Below are positions 15,751 through 25,257 of a stretch of 35,122 nucleotides of DNA, piece by piece. Under the pieces are notes generated by a model, which saw nothing but the letters and a program-made list of their open reading frames with translations, made no database searches and was not told the origin of the DNA. Position numbers and translations under genes: made by a program. Numbering within the stretch: the first letter of the stretch is position 1; every line of letters begins with the position of its first letter. The stretch is from Candidatus Methylomirabilota bacterium. Lineage in GTDB: Bacteria > Methylomirabilota > Methylomirabilia > Rokubacteriales > CSP1-6. The DNA lies in assembly GCA_046726415.1 (NCBI GenBank), contig JBKPAK010000233.1, positions 1-35,122 of the forward strand, read 5' to 3'.

Positions 15751-16215
15751 CTATTGCACGGGTTCGCGGTCCGGCGCGAGGGGGTACACGCGCCCGCCCA
15801 CGCGAAGGGCCCCGCGCTCGGTCACCTCGTCGTAGTCGGCCAGGGCGAGGAGCTGAAAGGCGGCGGCGCGGTCGAAGCGCGCGTCGAAGGCGCCTCCCTT
15901 TACCGCGCAGTACGGCACGTGACCCGGTCCTAGCCGGATGAACGCGGGGTCGATGACCTCCTCAGCCCCGTCGTTCACCTGAACGCGCAGCTCCCCGCCT
16001 CGCTGCTCGAGACGCGTGATCACCCACGGCGCATCGTCGACGGCGACGGGGATGCGCACCACGGTCTGGATGAAATGGCCTTCGGCGTCGCGGCAGAGGT
16101 TCGCCCGCAGGTTGGCGAGGATACCCGGGTGGGTCACCTGGACGTCACCGTCGTACCAGTCGCCGTCGCGGTCGATGCGCAGGCGCGGAAGCGTCCACTC
16201 GGCGGGCGTGGCCAT
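15751..16215 (-). CDS. DUF1285-like protein
   Basis: LRIDRDGDWY, IPVAVDDAPW, PYCAV..ARFDRAA; TGATG-coupled to the upstream gene. Confidence 0.7.
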   Translation of the reverse strand: MATPAEWTLPRLRIDRDGDWYDGDVQVTHPGILANLRANLCRDAEGHFIQTVVRIPVAVDDAPWVITRLEQRGGELRVQVNDGAEEVIDPAFIRLGPGHVPYCAVKGGAFDARFDRAAAFQLLALADYDEVTERGALRVGGRVYPLAPDREPVQ

Positions 16216-17444
16216 CAGAACACCACGCTCGCGTACGTCACCACGGCCTGGGGGTCGGGCCACTGGCCGTAGTGCTTCGTCTGGCCAGCGGTTCCGGGAA
16301 GCAGGCGCAGCAGGGCGTAGATGGGGGACAGGCCGCAGATGCGACGGCGGTCGCCGTCCGCGGCCACGGCAGTAAAGAACGCGTGCGCATCGCCCGCCTC
16401 GACCGAGGCGAGCATCGCGCGATCCTCCTGCCCCACGCGACGCAAATCCTCGGGGGCCAGCGGCGCTGGGTCGCCGAACCGCGGGCCCACGTGGGCGAGA
16501 TCGGCCCCGGCGATCACGGCCATCCGGCGATTTGACGCGGCGATCGACTCACCCAGCGCCTCCAGGAAGCGGGGAACCCGGGGATCGTCTTCCGGGCCCT
16601 GCCTCCGCGCCAGCGCCTCATGAGCGAAGCTGGCCAGCACGGGGACGATCGTGAAGTCGCGCCGGTCCCCGAAGAGATAGCGCAGGAAGACCGCCTGGAA
16701 CTCGATGGAGTGCTCACCGCGGTGGGCCAGCTCGGAGGCGAAGCAATCCTGCCCGGCCCGAGCCGCCAGGGCCTCGACGACGTCGTGGTCGACGGTGGCC
16801 GCTCCGAGCGGCGTCGCGTAGTCCTTGCGCGTCAGCGCAAAGGGATCCCGCATTCCGGCATGACAGGTTCCAAAAATGACGAAGCAGTTCGCGTCGCACC
16901 GCTCGGCCAGGTCGCGATAGGCCCAGGCATACGCGAGCCCCCCGCGGTGGAAATCGATGTGCGGGGCAATGACGCCGCGGACCCCGTCGCGACCGAAGTC
17001 GGAGGTCCACCGGATGGCGCCCGGCCCCGCCGGTGAGGCGAAGAAGCTGTCGATCATCCGGCGAAGGTCCTCAGGCTCGCCGGCGTAGGCGCCGCCCGCA
17101 TGGGCGGCCGGCCGCGCCGCGGCGGCCAAGAATTCTGCGTCGACCGCATGGCGGCGCTGCGCGAAGCGCTTGTTGTCGAGAAATCCGTGCTCGTCGAGCG
17201 CGCCCACGATCTGCTCGATCTGCTCCCGCCGGACGAGCTCACCGTGCCGGCGCATGATCTCCGCCTGGACGTCGACGATCGAGCGCTCGCCGTCGAAGAG
17301 GGCGACGACCGCCAGCAACGGCCGCGAGAGGACGAGCACCGACGGCGTGTAGCCTGCGGGATCGCGCACCCCCACGAGGTCTTGGCCATCCTGCTCGACG
17401 GGGAAGGCGTCGATGTCGCGTCGGAGGCGAGGCGCCTCGCTCAT
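16215..17444 (-). CDS. MEMO1 family (AmmeMemoRadiSam protein B-like) with N-terminal extension
   Basis: RPAAHAGGAY, IAPHIDF, GTCH, TPLG, HRGEHSIEFQ, GADLAHVGPRFGD, ICG. Confidence 0.88.
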   Translation of the reverse strand: MSEAPRLRRDIDAFPVEQDGQDLVGVRDPAGYTPSVLVLSRPLLAVVALFDGERSIVDVQAEIMRRHGELVRREQIEQIVGALDEHGFLDNKRFAQRRHAVDAEFLAAAARPAAHAGGAYAGEPEDLRRMIDSFFASPAGPGAIRWTSDFGRDGVRGVIAPHIDFHRGGLAYAWAYRDLAERCDANCFVIFGTCHAGMRDPFALTRKDYATPLGAATVDHDVVEALAARAGQDCFASELAHRGEHSIEFQAVFLRYLFGDRRDFTIVPVLASFAHEALARRQGPEDDPRVPRFLEALGESIAASNRRMAVIAGADLAHVGPRFGDPAPLAPEDLRRVGQEDRAMLASVEAGDAHAFFTAVAADGDRRRICGLSPIYALLRLLPGTAGQTKHYGQWPDPQAVVTYASVVF

Positions 17445-18658
17445 CGGGCTTCCAGGAAGTTCAGAGCCGACGCGGCATAAATCCGCGCGGCCGCGACGAG
17501 CTCATCGACGTCGACGTATTCATCGACTTGGTGCGGCACGAGCCGGCGGCCAGGACCACACGTCACGATGGGGATCCCCAGTTCGGTGTGCAGAATCGTC
17601 CCGTCCGTCGACCCGGGAACCCCGCCGAACTTCGGCCGCCGTCCCGTGGCTTGGCGCACGCCCTTCTCCATGGCCTGCACCAGGGCCTCGCGCCGATCCA
17701 CCTGGGTGGCCAGGCGAAAACCGTTGATCGGCGTCCACTCCACGCGGACCCCGCTGGCCGACGCGGCATCCATGCACGCGCGGTCGATTTCCGCCGCCAC
17801 GGCGGCCGCGTCGGGCCCTGGGGTGAGGCGAATGTCGAGGGTCGCCACGGCGGTGGCGGGAATCACGTTCGATTGCGGAAGGCCGTCGGTGGGCGACTGC
17901 ACCATCGTGGGAGTGACGGTGGGCGGCCGGACGTATCGGCTGCGTTGGCACACGCGCCGCAGCCGCCGTTCGAGGACGCGCGCCTGACGCACGACCTCGG
18001 CGACGCCGACGATCGGGTTGATGCCCGCTTCGGGCATTGCCCCGTGGGCCATCCGCCCCCGGACCACGACACGGGCCCACACCACGCCGCGCTGCTCGAG
18101 GCAAAGCTCGTTCTGCTCGGGCTCGCAGATGATGGCGGCGCTGAGCTGCCGTCCGGTCGGTGTGGTGCAAAGATGCTTCGCCCCCAGCATGTCACCCTCT
18201 TCGTCGACGAGGGCGCCGACCATCAGGCAGCCGCCGAGTCCGACCGCGCTTCGCTTGATGGCCGCCGCCGCGATCATGGCGGCGGCCAGGCCTCCCTTCA
18301 TGTCCGCGGAGCCGCGCCCGTAGATCCGCCCGTCGACGATCTCGCCTGCGAAGGGCGGATAGGTCCAGGTCCGGGGATCACCCTCGGTGACGACGTCGGT
18401 GTGGCCCTCGAGGAGGAGTGTGCGGCCATCTCCTCGCTCACCGAGCCGGGCGATGACGTTGGGGCGCCCGGGCGCTACCTCTTGAACTTCGACGTCGAAT
18501 CCTTCTTTGTCGAACCATTGCTGAATATGGTTGGCCACCGCGCGTTCCGTCATGGCAGGGTCGCCAGGCTTGATGACGCTCGGAATGCGGATTAGCTCGC
18601 GCGTGAGCGCTACCAGCTCCGCCGGGTCGATGCGTGAGAGGACCTCGGACAGAGGCAT
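17441..18658 (-). CDS. M20 family metallopeptidase/deacylase (ArgE/DapE-like)
   Basis: EGHTDVV, GRGSADMKGG, DEE, CEP, GRMAHG, HQVDEYV; start ATG at 18658. Confidence 0.92.
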   Translation of the reverse strand: MPLSEVLSRIDPAELVALTRELIRIPSVIKPGDPAMTERAVANHIQQWFDKEGFDVEVQEVAPGRPNVIARLGERGDGRTLLLEGHTDVVTEGDPRTWTYPPFAGEIVDGRIYGRGSADMKGGLAAAMIAAAAIKRSAVGLGGCLMVGALVDEEGDMLGAKHLCTTPTGRQLSAAIICEPEQNELCLEQRGVVWARVVVRGRMAHGAMPEAGINPIVGVAEVVRQARVLERRLRRVCQRSRYVRPPTVTPTMVQSPTDGLPQSNVIPATAVATLDIRLTPGPDAAAVAAEIDRACMDAASASGVRVEWTPINGFRLATQVDRREALVQAMEKGVRQATGRRPKFGGVPGSTDGTILHTELGIPIVTCGPGRRLVPHQVDEYVDVDELVAAARIYAASALNFLEAR

Positions 18659-18683
18659 GCCCGCCGCGCAGGGAGGCGGCCGA

Positions 18684-18986
18684 CTACTCGAGTGGGAACG
18701 ACAGGATGACCGCGTCCAGCCGGATGACGCGATACTCCTCTCCCGCCACCATGAAGTAGTGTCCCTCCACTTCTTCCGAGCTCTCCTCGAAGGCAACCAC
18801 GCTCTTCACGGCCGGCATCTCGCGGAACGCGTTGGCTCCCTCATCGAAGCCATCGCCCCTGGACACGACCTCCCCGTATCGAATCGGCGAGCCCTTGGGG
18901 CAGTGCACCCGGATGTCCGCCGGGGCCTCCGCCATCATCCGGACGAGAAGATTGATGCCGTAGACCTGGACTGGAATGGTCGTCAT
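18684..18986 (-). CDS. GroES/Cpn10-like protein (100 aa), divergent
   Basis: Strong RBS GAGGAGG. YGEVVSRGDG, VKSVVAF and GHYFMVAGEEYRVIRLDAVI align by eye with GroES GEVLAVGNG, VGDIVIF and GxEVKIDGEEYLIMxExDIL. Confidence 0.65.
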   Translation of the reverse strand: MTTIPVQVYGINLLVRMMAEAPADIRVHCPKGSPIRYGEVVSRGDGFDEGANAFREMPAVKSVVAFEESSEEVEGHYFMVAGEEYRVIRLDAVILSFPLE

Positions 18987-19066
18987 GTCCCTCCTCGCGG
19001 ACCGCAGCAGTCGGAATTCGATGATACCACGCGGGTTCCGGTCGCCTGAGCGACCGCCCATGGCCT

Positions 19067-20449
19067 TCACGCGGTGACGTCTGCGCGATCCGCGGGCGAC
19101 TCCATCGCCGTCAGCGCCCGAGGCTGCTCGGTGACCGCCTCCAGCAGCGGGATGTCCTCGCCACCGGCGGCGCCCAGTTCGCGGAAGCGACGGGCGGCCG
19201 GCAGCACGCGAGATTCCATCGACCCTACCGCGCGGTTGAAGGCGGAGGTAGCCCGGCCCAACGACGCGCCCACATCGGCGACGTGCGCGGTCATCACCCG
19301 AAGGCGCTCGTAGAGGTGGCGGCCCAGCTCACTGATGTGGGCCGCGTTCTCGGCGAGCTGCTCCTGCCTCCAGCCGTACGCGACCGCGCGCAGCAGCGCC
19401 ACCAGGGTCGTCGGCGTGGCCACCACGATCTTGCGGGCCAGGCCGTCCTCGATGAGTTCGCGATCGGCGTCGGCCGCGGCGGCCACGAACGCCTCACCCG
19501 GAATGAACATCACCACGAGATCGGCCGCCTTCGCGAATTCCTCCCAGTACGCCTTGCTCACCAAGGTGTTCATGTGCTGACGGACCTGCTGGGCGTGGCG
19601 AGCGAGCGCCGCCGCCCTCTCCTCCTCGGTGGGCGCGGCCAGGGCGTCGAGATACGCATTGAGTGGCACCTTGGCGTCGACCACGATCTCGCGCCCCGCG
19701 GGAAGCCGGACCACCATGTCGGGTCGCAGGCGCCCACCTGGTCCCTCCATGGTTACCTGCTCGAGATAGTCACAGTGCTCGGCGAGCCCCGCTAGCTCGA
19801 CCACGCGGTGGAGGGTCAGTTCTCCCCAGCGCCCGCGCACGTGCGGCGTCCGGAGGGCGGCCACCAGAGCGCCCGTTTCCCGCTGCAGATCCGCGTGCCC
19901 CGTGGCCAGTGTCCGGAGCTGCTCCTGCAGACTGCCGTAGGCTTGCTGGCGAGCCGACTCCATGGCGTGGATGGCGCCCTCGTACCGACCGAGAGCCTCG
20001 CGAAGCGGGCGCACCAGACCCTCGACGGCCTCCTGGCGACGGCCGAGTTGGACATCGAGGGCTTCGCGCGCGCGCTCGAGGAAGGCGGCGCCGCTCTGCT
20101 CCAGGGCCTCAACGCTGAGCACTTTGAACGTCTCCGTGAGACGCCCGCGGGCTTCGTCGAGCAATTGTCGCTGTTCCTCGAGGCTGGCGCGCGCGGTTTC
20201 CCATCGCGTCTCGGCCTGCGCCCGCAGCGCGCGCTCCGAGCCGAGGGCCCCGTGCAACTCCTCCCGTTCGCGCTCCCGCTGGACGAGCTGCCGGCGCATC
20301 TCGGCCCCCACCGCGTCCAGACCGGCCACACGCGCCTGGAGTTGCTCGCGCTCGGCCCTGACCTTCGCGGCATGGTGGGCCCGGCCCGCGAGCCAGGCCA
20401 CCAGGCCACCCAGCAGGAAACCGGCCATGGCCAGGGCGATCTCGCTCAC
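19067..20449 (-). CDS. rmuC: DNA recombination protein RmuC
   Basis: N-terminal TM segment, coiled coil, RGRWGELTL, LRPDMVVRLP, VDAKVPL, VMFIPGE, ATPTTL; GTG at 20449. Confidence 0.93.
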   Translation of the reverse strand: MSEIALAMAGFLLGGLVAWLAGRAHHAAKVRAEREQLQARVAGLDAVGAEMRRQLVQREREREELHGALGSERALRAQAETRWETARASLEEQRQLLDEARGRLTETFKVLSVEALEQSGAAFLERAREALDVQLGRRQEAVEGLVRPLREALGRYEGAIHAMESARQQAYGSLQEQLRTLATGHADLQRETGALVAALRTPHVRGRWGELTLHRVVELAGLAEHCDYLEQVTMEGPGGRLRPDMVVRLPAGREIVVDAKVPLNAYLDALAAPTEEERAAALARHAQQVRQHMNTLVSKAYWEEFAKAADLVVMFIPGEAFVAAAADADRELIEDGLARKIVVATPTTLVALLRAVAYGWRQEQLAENAAHISELGRHLYERLRVMTAHVADVGASLGRATSAFNRAVGSMESRVLPAARRFRELGAAGGEDIPLLEAVTEQPRALTAMESPADRADVTA

Positions 20450-21399
20450 GATGCGCGCCTCCGTCCGGTGGGCGAACGCGCGGAGGTCCCGCGGGCCCGG
20501 CGACCCGAGGCCTTCCAGTGGCGGCAGACGTCTCGCAGCCGGCAGGTCGCGCAGACGTCGGCATCGCGGCGATCGAGACAATCCCCCGACATGCGCTTGT
20601 GGCAGAGGGCGAAATCGAACTTGACCGGATCGTGCGGATCGATCGCCGCCAGATGCGCCGTGATCTCCTCCGCCATCTTCCACGTCCGGGACCGCCGGCG
20701 GGTCAGGCCGATGGCGCGGCTCATGTTCTCCACGTGCGTGTCGACAGGCATCAGCAGGCGCGCCGGGGAGACGCGTTGCCACAAACCGAAGTCGGGCGGT
20801 TCGCGGCGCACCATCCAGCGCAGGAAGAGATGCAGGCGCTTGCATGGCCCGCCCACCGACGGCAACGGAAAGAGGTGGCGATACCCGCGGGACGCGCCGC
20901 GGGGGAATGCGGTGGACAGATCCGCATCGAGGAAGGCCTGCGCGAAGCGCTCCAGAGCCGCGCCGACCCCATCGCCCAAGGTGAAATCCCCCCCCAGAAA
21001 GCAGGACTCCAGGCTGCCGTGGCGCTCGAGGATCTGCCGGGCGGCCATGCAGAACGCCACGAGATCGCGGGGGCGATTGAAGCGATAGCGGAAGCTCGAA
21101 AAGAGCTGGCCGTCGCGGTCTGGCTCGAACTGCGCCACGAAGCGAGCGGGCGAAGCTCCCATGGCTGCCAGCACGCCCTCCAGGGCACCACCGAACAGGT
21201 CCACGCGGCCGTAGGCCAGGCACGCGGTGAGCAGCGCCACGATCTCGCGGTCTCGCGGGTCGGAATAGCGGAGGGGAAAGCGGATGGCGTCTCGTTCGAC
21301 GCGGGCGGCGTAGTCGAAGCCAAGGTACAGATGCTCCAATGGCGCTCGCAGCCGCTCGGCGAGCGGCGCGCGACGCCGCGCGTTCTGGGGATCGCTCAC
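20446..21399 (-). CDS. TIGR02757 family (DUF2400) HhH-GPD-like protein with C-terminal four-Cys motif
   Basis: DREIVALL.A.LAYGRV, CKRLHLFLRWMVR, DFGLW, PVDTHV, DPVKFDFAL; start GTG at 21399 approximate. Confidence 0.88.
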   Translation of the reverse strand: MSDPQNARRRAPLAERLRAPLEHLYLGFDYAARVERDAIRFPLRYSDPRDREIVALLTACLAYGRVDLFGGALEGVLAAMGASPARFVAQFEPDRDGQLFSSFRYRFNRPRDLVAFCMAARQILERHGSLESCFLGGDFTLGDGVGAALERFAQAFLDADLSTAFPRGASRGYRHLFPLPSVGGPCKRLHLFLRWMVRREPPDFGLWQRVSPARLLMPVDTHVENMSRAIGLTRRRSRTWKMAEEITAHLAAIDPHDPVKFDFALCHKRMSGDCLDRRDADVCATCRLRDVCRHWKASGRRARGTSARSPTGRRRAS

Positions 21400-21493
21400 G
21401 AGACCCGCTCGCTCCTCAGGGTGGCTGTACAATAGCACATCTTGGCGGGTCGTTCCCGCCGCCCACTACATCTTGAGGGAGGAGGGCCCCTGG

Positions 21494-22303
21494 ATGCCCC
21501 TAGCGACAAGGGTCGGCGTGGTCGGACTGGGCGCGATCGGCCGCAGGGTGTGCGAGGCCCTGGACGCCGGCATCCCGGGCCTCACTCTCGCCGCCGCCAC
21601 CGCTCGCGATCCCGAGCGGGGCGCGTGCTTTCTCAACGGCCTGTCCACTCCCCCACCCTTCCTCGATCTCGACGCGCTGGTCCAGGGCGCCGACCTCGTG
21701 CTCGAAGCGTCAACCCAGGCCCACCTCGCCGAGATTGCGCCGAAAGCGCTGGGGGCCGGGCGCCATCTCGTCGTGCTCTCCTGTGGCGGTCTTCTGGGGC
21801 GTCACGATTGGATCGCCCTCGCCGAGGCCAAAGGGTGTCGCATCTTCGTGCCCTCCGGGGCTATCGCCGGTCTCGACGGCGTCAAGGGAGCGCGCTTGGG
21901 TGCCATCACGGCGGTCACCATGGAAACGCGGAAGCCACCGCGCGGGCTGGCGGGCGCGCCGTGGATCCACCAGCAGAACATCGACCTCGAGGCGATCGCC
22001 GGTGAGACCCTCATCTTCGACGGGCGCGCCGTGGAAGCGTGCCGCGCGTTCCCCGCGAACGTCAACGTGGTGGCTGCGCTCTCCCTGGCCGGCGTGGGAC
22101 CGGAGCGCACGAGGATTCGGATCTTCGCGGTCCCCGGACTGGCCCGCAATCAGCACCGCGTCCGGATCGAGGGCGAGTTCGGATCATTGACCGTCGAAAT
22201 CGAGAATGTCCCTTCCGAGAATCCTCGGACCGGCAAGCTCTCGTATCTGTCGACAATCGCCCTTCTCCGCGATCTCGGCGCTACCCTCCGAGTGGGGACG
22301 TGA
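21494..22303 (+). CDS. nadX: L-aspartate dehydrogenase family protein
   Basis: GLGAIG, VPSGAIAGLDG, TRKPP, FPANVNV, N.H, NVPSENPRTG. Confidence 0.88.
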   Translation: MPLATRVGVVGLGAIGRRVCEALDAGIPGLTLAAATARDPERGACFLNGLSTPPPFLDLDALVQGADLVLEASTQAHLAEIAPKALGAGRHLVVLSCGGLLGRHDWIALAEAKGCRIFVPSGAIAGLDGVKGARLGAITAVTMETRKPPRGLAGAPWIHQQNIDLEAIAGETLIFDGRAVEACRAFPANVNVVAALSLAGVGPERTRIRIFAVPGLARNQHRVRIEGEFGSLTVEIENVPSENPRTGKLSYLSTIALLRDLGATLRVGT

Positions 22304-22331
22304 GGAGCCTGCGGTCGCCGCGGCCGTCAGA

Positions 22332-23267
22332 TTAGGCGGGCATCGCCTCCAGGTAGCGTTCGGCCTCCAGCGCGGCCATGCATCCTGTTCCCGCCGCGGT
22401 GACCGCCTGGCGGTAGGTGTAGTCGGCGACATCACCGGCCGCGAAGACGCCGGGCACCGACGTCTGCGTCGTCCCCGGGACGACCTTGATGTAACCGTTG
22501 GGCAAGAGGTCGAGGTGACCGTTGAAGATCGCCGTGTTCGGCTCGTGGCCGATGGCGATGAAGAGGCCATCGATAGCGCGCTCGGTTCGCTCGCCGGTCG
22601 CGAGATTGCGCAGGCGCACCCCGATCACCTTGCCCAGGGCGGGGTCGGCGATGTCCTCGACCACACTGTTCCAGAGGAACTCGATCTTCGGATTCTTGAA
22701 GGCGCGCTCCTGCATGATCTTGGAGGCTCTGAGCGTGTCGCGGCGATGCGCGACATCGACCTTGCGGCCGAGGCGGGCGAGGTACAGCGCCTCTTCCACC
22801 GCGGAGTCGCCGCCACCTACCACCATGATGTTCTGGTCCTTGAAGAAAAAGCCGTCGCAGGTGGCGCAGGTGGAGACCCCACGGCCCATGAGCTGCGACT
22901 CCGCGGGCAAACCCAGGAGCTTGGCGGAAGCGCCGGTGGCGATGATCACTGCCTCGGACTCGTAGACTTGCCCGCCCGCGGTCACGCTCAAGGGCCGCCG
23001 CGAAAAGTCGACGGCGGTGACGTCGTCACCGATCAGTTCCGTGCCGAACCGTTCCGCCTGCTTGTGCATGACCTCCATCAGTTCGGGGCCCATGATACCG
23101 TCCCGGAATCCGGGATAATTCTCCACCGTCGTGGTGAGCATGAGCTGCCCGCCAGCCTGCACGCCGGTGAACATGAGGGGTGCGAGATTGGCGCGAGCCG
23201 CATAGATGGCCGCCGTGTAGCCGGCGGGTCCTGATCCGATGATGACGACCTTCCGTGTCGTGGGCAT
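22332..23267 (-). CDS. trxB: Thioredoxin reductase
   Basis: IIGSGPAGYTAA, VENYPGF, CATCDG, GGGDSA, FAAGDV, YRQAVTAAG. Confidence 0.97.
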   Translation of the reverse strand: MPTTRKVVIIGSGPAGYTAAIYAARANLAPLMFTGVQAGGQLMLTTTVENYPGFRDGIMGPELMEVMHKQAERFGTELIGDDVTAVDFSRRPLSVTAGGQVYESEAVIIATGASAKLLGLPAESQLMGRGVSTCATCDGFFFKDQNIMVVGGGDSAVEEALYLARLGRKVDVAHRRDTLRASKIMQERAFKNPKIEFLWNSVVEDIADPALGKVIGVRLRNLATGERTERAIDGLFIAIGHEPNTAIFNGHLDLLPNGYIKVVPGTTQTSVPGVFAAGDVADYTYRQAVTAAGTGCMAALEAERYLEAMPA

Positions 23268-23349
23268 GCGAAGGTTGACCTCTCTGCGTTGTGATGCGCG
23301 GCGGGAGCCCGGCGATCCGGATCCCCGCGCGGTCAGGCCGGCAACCTCA

Positions 23350-24102
23350 TCAGGCCGGCAACCTCAGGATCCGCGACAGCTCCGTGAGGTCGCGTACTTC
23401 GTACTCCGGGGGGGCCAGGCCTGCGGGCAGCGTCTGCGCCTCGCGGTTGATCCACACCGCGTGCATACCCATGCGTTGGGCGCCGACCACGTCGATGTCC
23501 GCGCGATCGCCGACGAACAGGGCCTCCCGGGGCGCGACCCCCAAGCGCTCGAGGGCGTGGGTGAAGATCGCGGGGTGCGGTTTTCTCCAGCCGACCTCGT
23601 CCGACACCACAATGGTCTCGAAGAGATCCGCCACTCCCGCCCGCTCCAGGATATCGAGCGCGGTCGGCGTGTAGTCGAAATTGGAGACCACGGCCAGGCG
23701 GGCCCGCTCCCCGAGCGCTCTGAGCAGCGGTCCATGGTGCACCGGGAACTCGGCCGCTCGGCCGAGCGCACCGCGATGGGTATTGAGGAGCTCGGTGACG
23801 AGCGCGGGAGGCACGCCGTCCGGATCGAGGCCCACGCGCCGCAAGAAGTCGCGAAAACGCTGGGGCGCGGGCACCTCGCGATGGTCGATCGCCCGCAGCC
23901 GCTCGGCCTCGCGCCAGCTCTCGCCCAAGGCACCGTAGCACCCCTCGAGGGTGAGGGCCGGGGCGTGGGCCACGAGGCGCTCGTGGAGCTGACGGGCCGT
24001 GGTGTGCACGCGCTTGCCGTTGATCTCGACGAGCGGGAGGCGGGCCGAGTCGAAGAGCACCAGGGTGTCGAAGAGGTCGAAGAGCACGGCGGCGTAGGCC
24101 AT
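23350..24102 (-). CDS. HAD-superfamily hydrolase (subfamily IA)
   Basis: FDLFDTL, VVSN, RKPHPAIF, FVGDRADIDVVGA; start ATG at 24102. Confidence 0.9.
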   Translation of the reverse strand: MAYAAVLFDLFDTLVLFDSARLPLVEINGKRVHTTARQLHERLVAHAPALTLEGCYGALGESWREAERLRAIDHREVPAPQRFRDFLRRVGLDPDGVPPALVTELLNTHRGALGRAAEFPVHHGPLLRALGERARLAVVSNFDYTPTALDILERAGVADLFETIVVSDEVGWRKPHPAIFTHALERLGVAPREALFVGDRADIDVVGAQRMGMHAVWINREAQTLPAGLAPPEYEVRDLTELSRILRLPA

Positions 24103-24503
24103 CAAAGCGGCTTCCGGGCCGCGTAGCCCTCGTCGAGCCCGTGCCAGAAGCGGATCTCTCGCTCTCCGAACTTCCAGCACAAGTTCACCGTGCGTCCTCC
24201 GCGCAGGAATGGGAAGTCCACCAGTCCGACCTCGAGATCCTTCGGCACACCCCCGAGCTCGACGATTTCGTCGAGGCCCTCCTGCACGGCCTGCGCAGCC
24301 CGCTCGATCGCGTCCTTGTCCGCCTGCCACGCGGCTCGATCGACGACACCGCCCCCCGCCAGCTCGAGGCGCTGGCGGGCCTGGCGCAGGCGTTCGCGCC
24401 GGGTGGTGGCATCCGCGTGCGCGCGCCGCGTGCGCTCCATGATCGCGGTGAGGCGCGGGATCAAGGCCTCGACCTCCCGCGGCGTGAAGTGGCGCTCAGC
24501 CAT
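24102..24503 (-). CDS. DUF2203 family protein
   Basis: FTPREVEALIP, KDLEVGLVDFP, LCWKFGE..I.FWH...GYAARKP. Confidence 0.88.
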   Translation of the reverse strand: MAERHFTPREVEALIPRLTAIMERTRRAHADATTRRERLRQARQRLELAGGGVVDRAAWQADKDAIERAAQAVQEGLDEIVELGGVPKDLEVGLVDFPFLRGGRTVNLCWKFGEREIRFWHGLDEGYAARKPL

Positions 24504-25257
24504 GGCCACCGGCCGTGGCCAGAGGGTCGCCGTCGACGAAGATTGCGTGCAACTCTTTGGGGCCGTGGACCCCGCTGATCAGGGTCAGCTCGATATCCGC
24601 GCTCCGACTCGGCCCCGTGATCACGTTGATGGCGCCGCCTACCCAGTCGGGACGAGCTTCGCTGTGCCAGGTCTCGAGGAAGAGGCCGACGTGAGCGAGC
24701 GACTCCACGAGCGCTTCTCGCCCGAAGACGGCCACGTGGCAGGCCGGCAGAAGCGATGTCGAACGGGGGCGCCCCCGACCGGAGATCAGGACCAGGCTTC
24801 CTGTCTCGGCGACCGCGAGGTCCGCGCCGGTGATCCCGAGATCGGCCTCGGCGATCCGGCTGCGCAGCGCCTGGCGCGTGCTCGAATCGCCGATCGCCGC
24901 GAGTGGCATCGCCTCGAGCGTCAGGCCGTCGCCGGTGAGCACCGCGCTCCAGTCGGCGCCGAGCACGGCTGGATGCCAGCTGATGAGGCGGCGGGCCCGC
25001 CGTGCGCGGGCGAGACGGCTCACCACCTCGGGCACGTCGGCGAGACCCGCGACGCGGTGGAACACGCCACCCACCCGCTCGAATTCCTCACGGAAGCGTT
25101 CCAGTGTCTCGCGCCATCGCTCGGCCAGCTGCCGCCGGGTGATTTCCGCGGCTTCGGCGGGGCGAGGCGGGCGCTCGGCGACCGCCGCGGAGTAGACGGG
25201 CGAACTCCGCGCCACCTGCCGGCGCAGTCGCGCGAAGAACTCGGCCTTCGTGGTCAC
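24496..25257 (-). CDS. lutC: Lactate utilization protein C (LUD domain)
   Basis: GITGADLAVAETGSL, RSTSLLP.CH, ITGPSRSADIE, GVHGP; GTG at 25257. Confidence 0.88.
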   Translation of the reverse strand: MTTKAEFFARLRRQVARSSPVYSAAVAERPPRPAEAAEITRRQLAERWRETLERFREEFERVGGVFHRVAGLADVPEVVSRLARARRARRLISWHPAVLGADWSAVLTGDGLTLEAMPLAAIGDSSTRQALRSRIAEADLGITGADLAVAETGSLVLISGRGRPRSTSLLPACHVAVFGREALVESLAHVGLFLETWHSEARPDWVGGAINVITGPSRSADIELTLISGVHGPKELHAIFVDGDPLATAGGHG

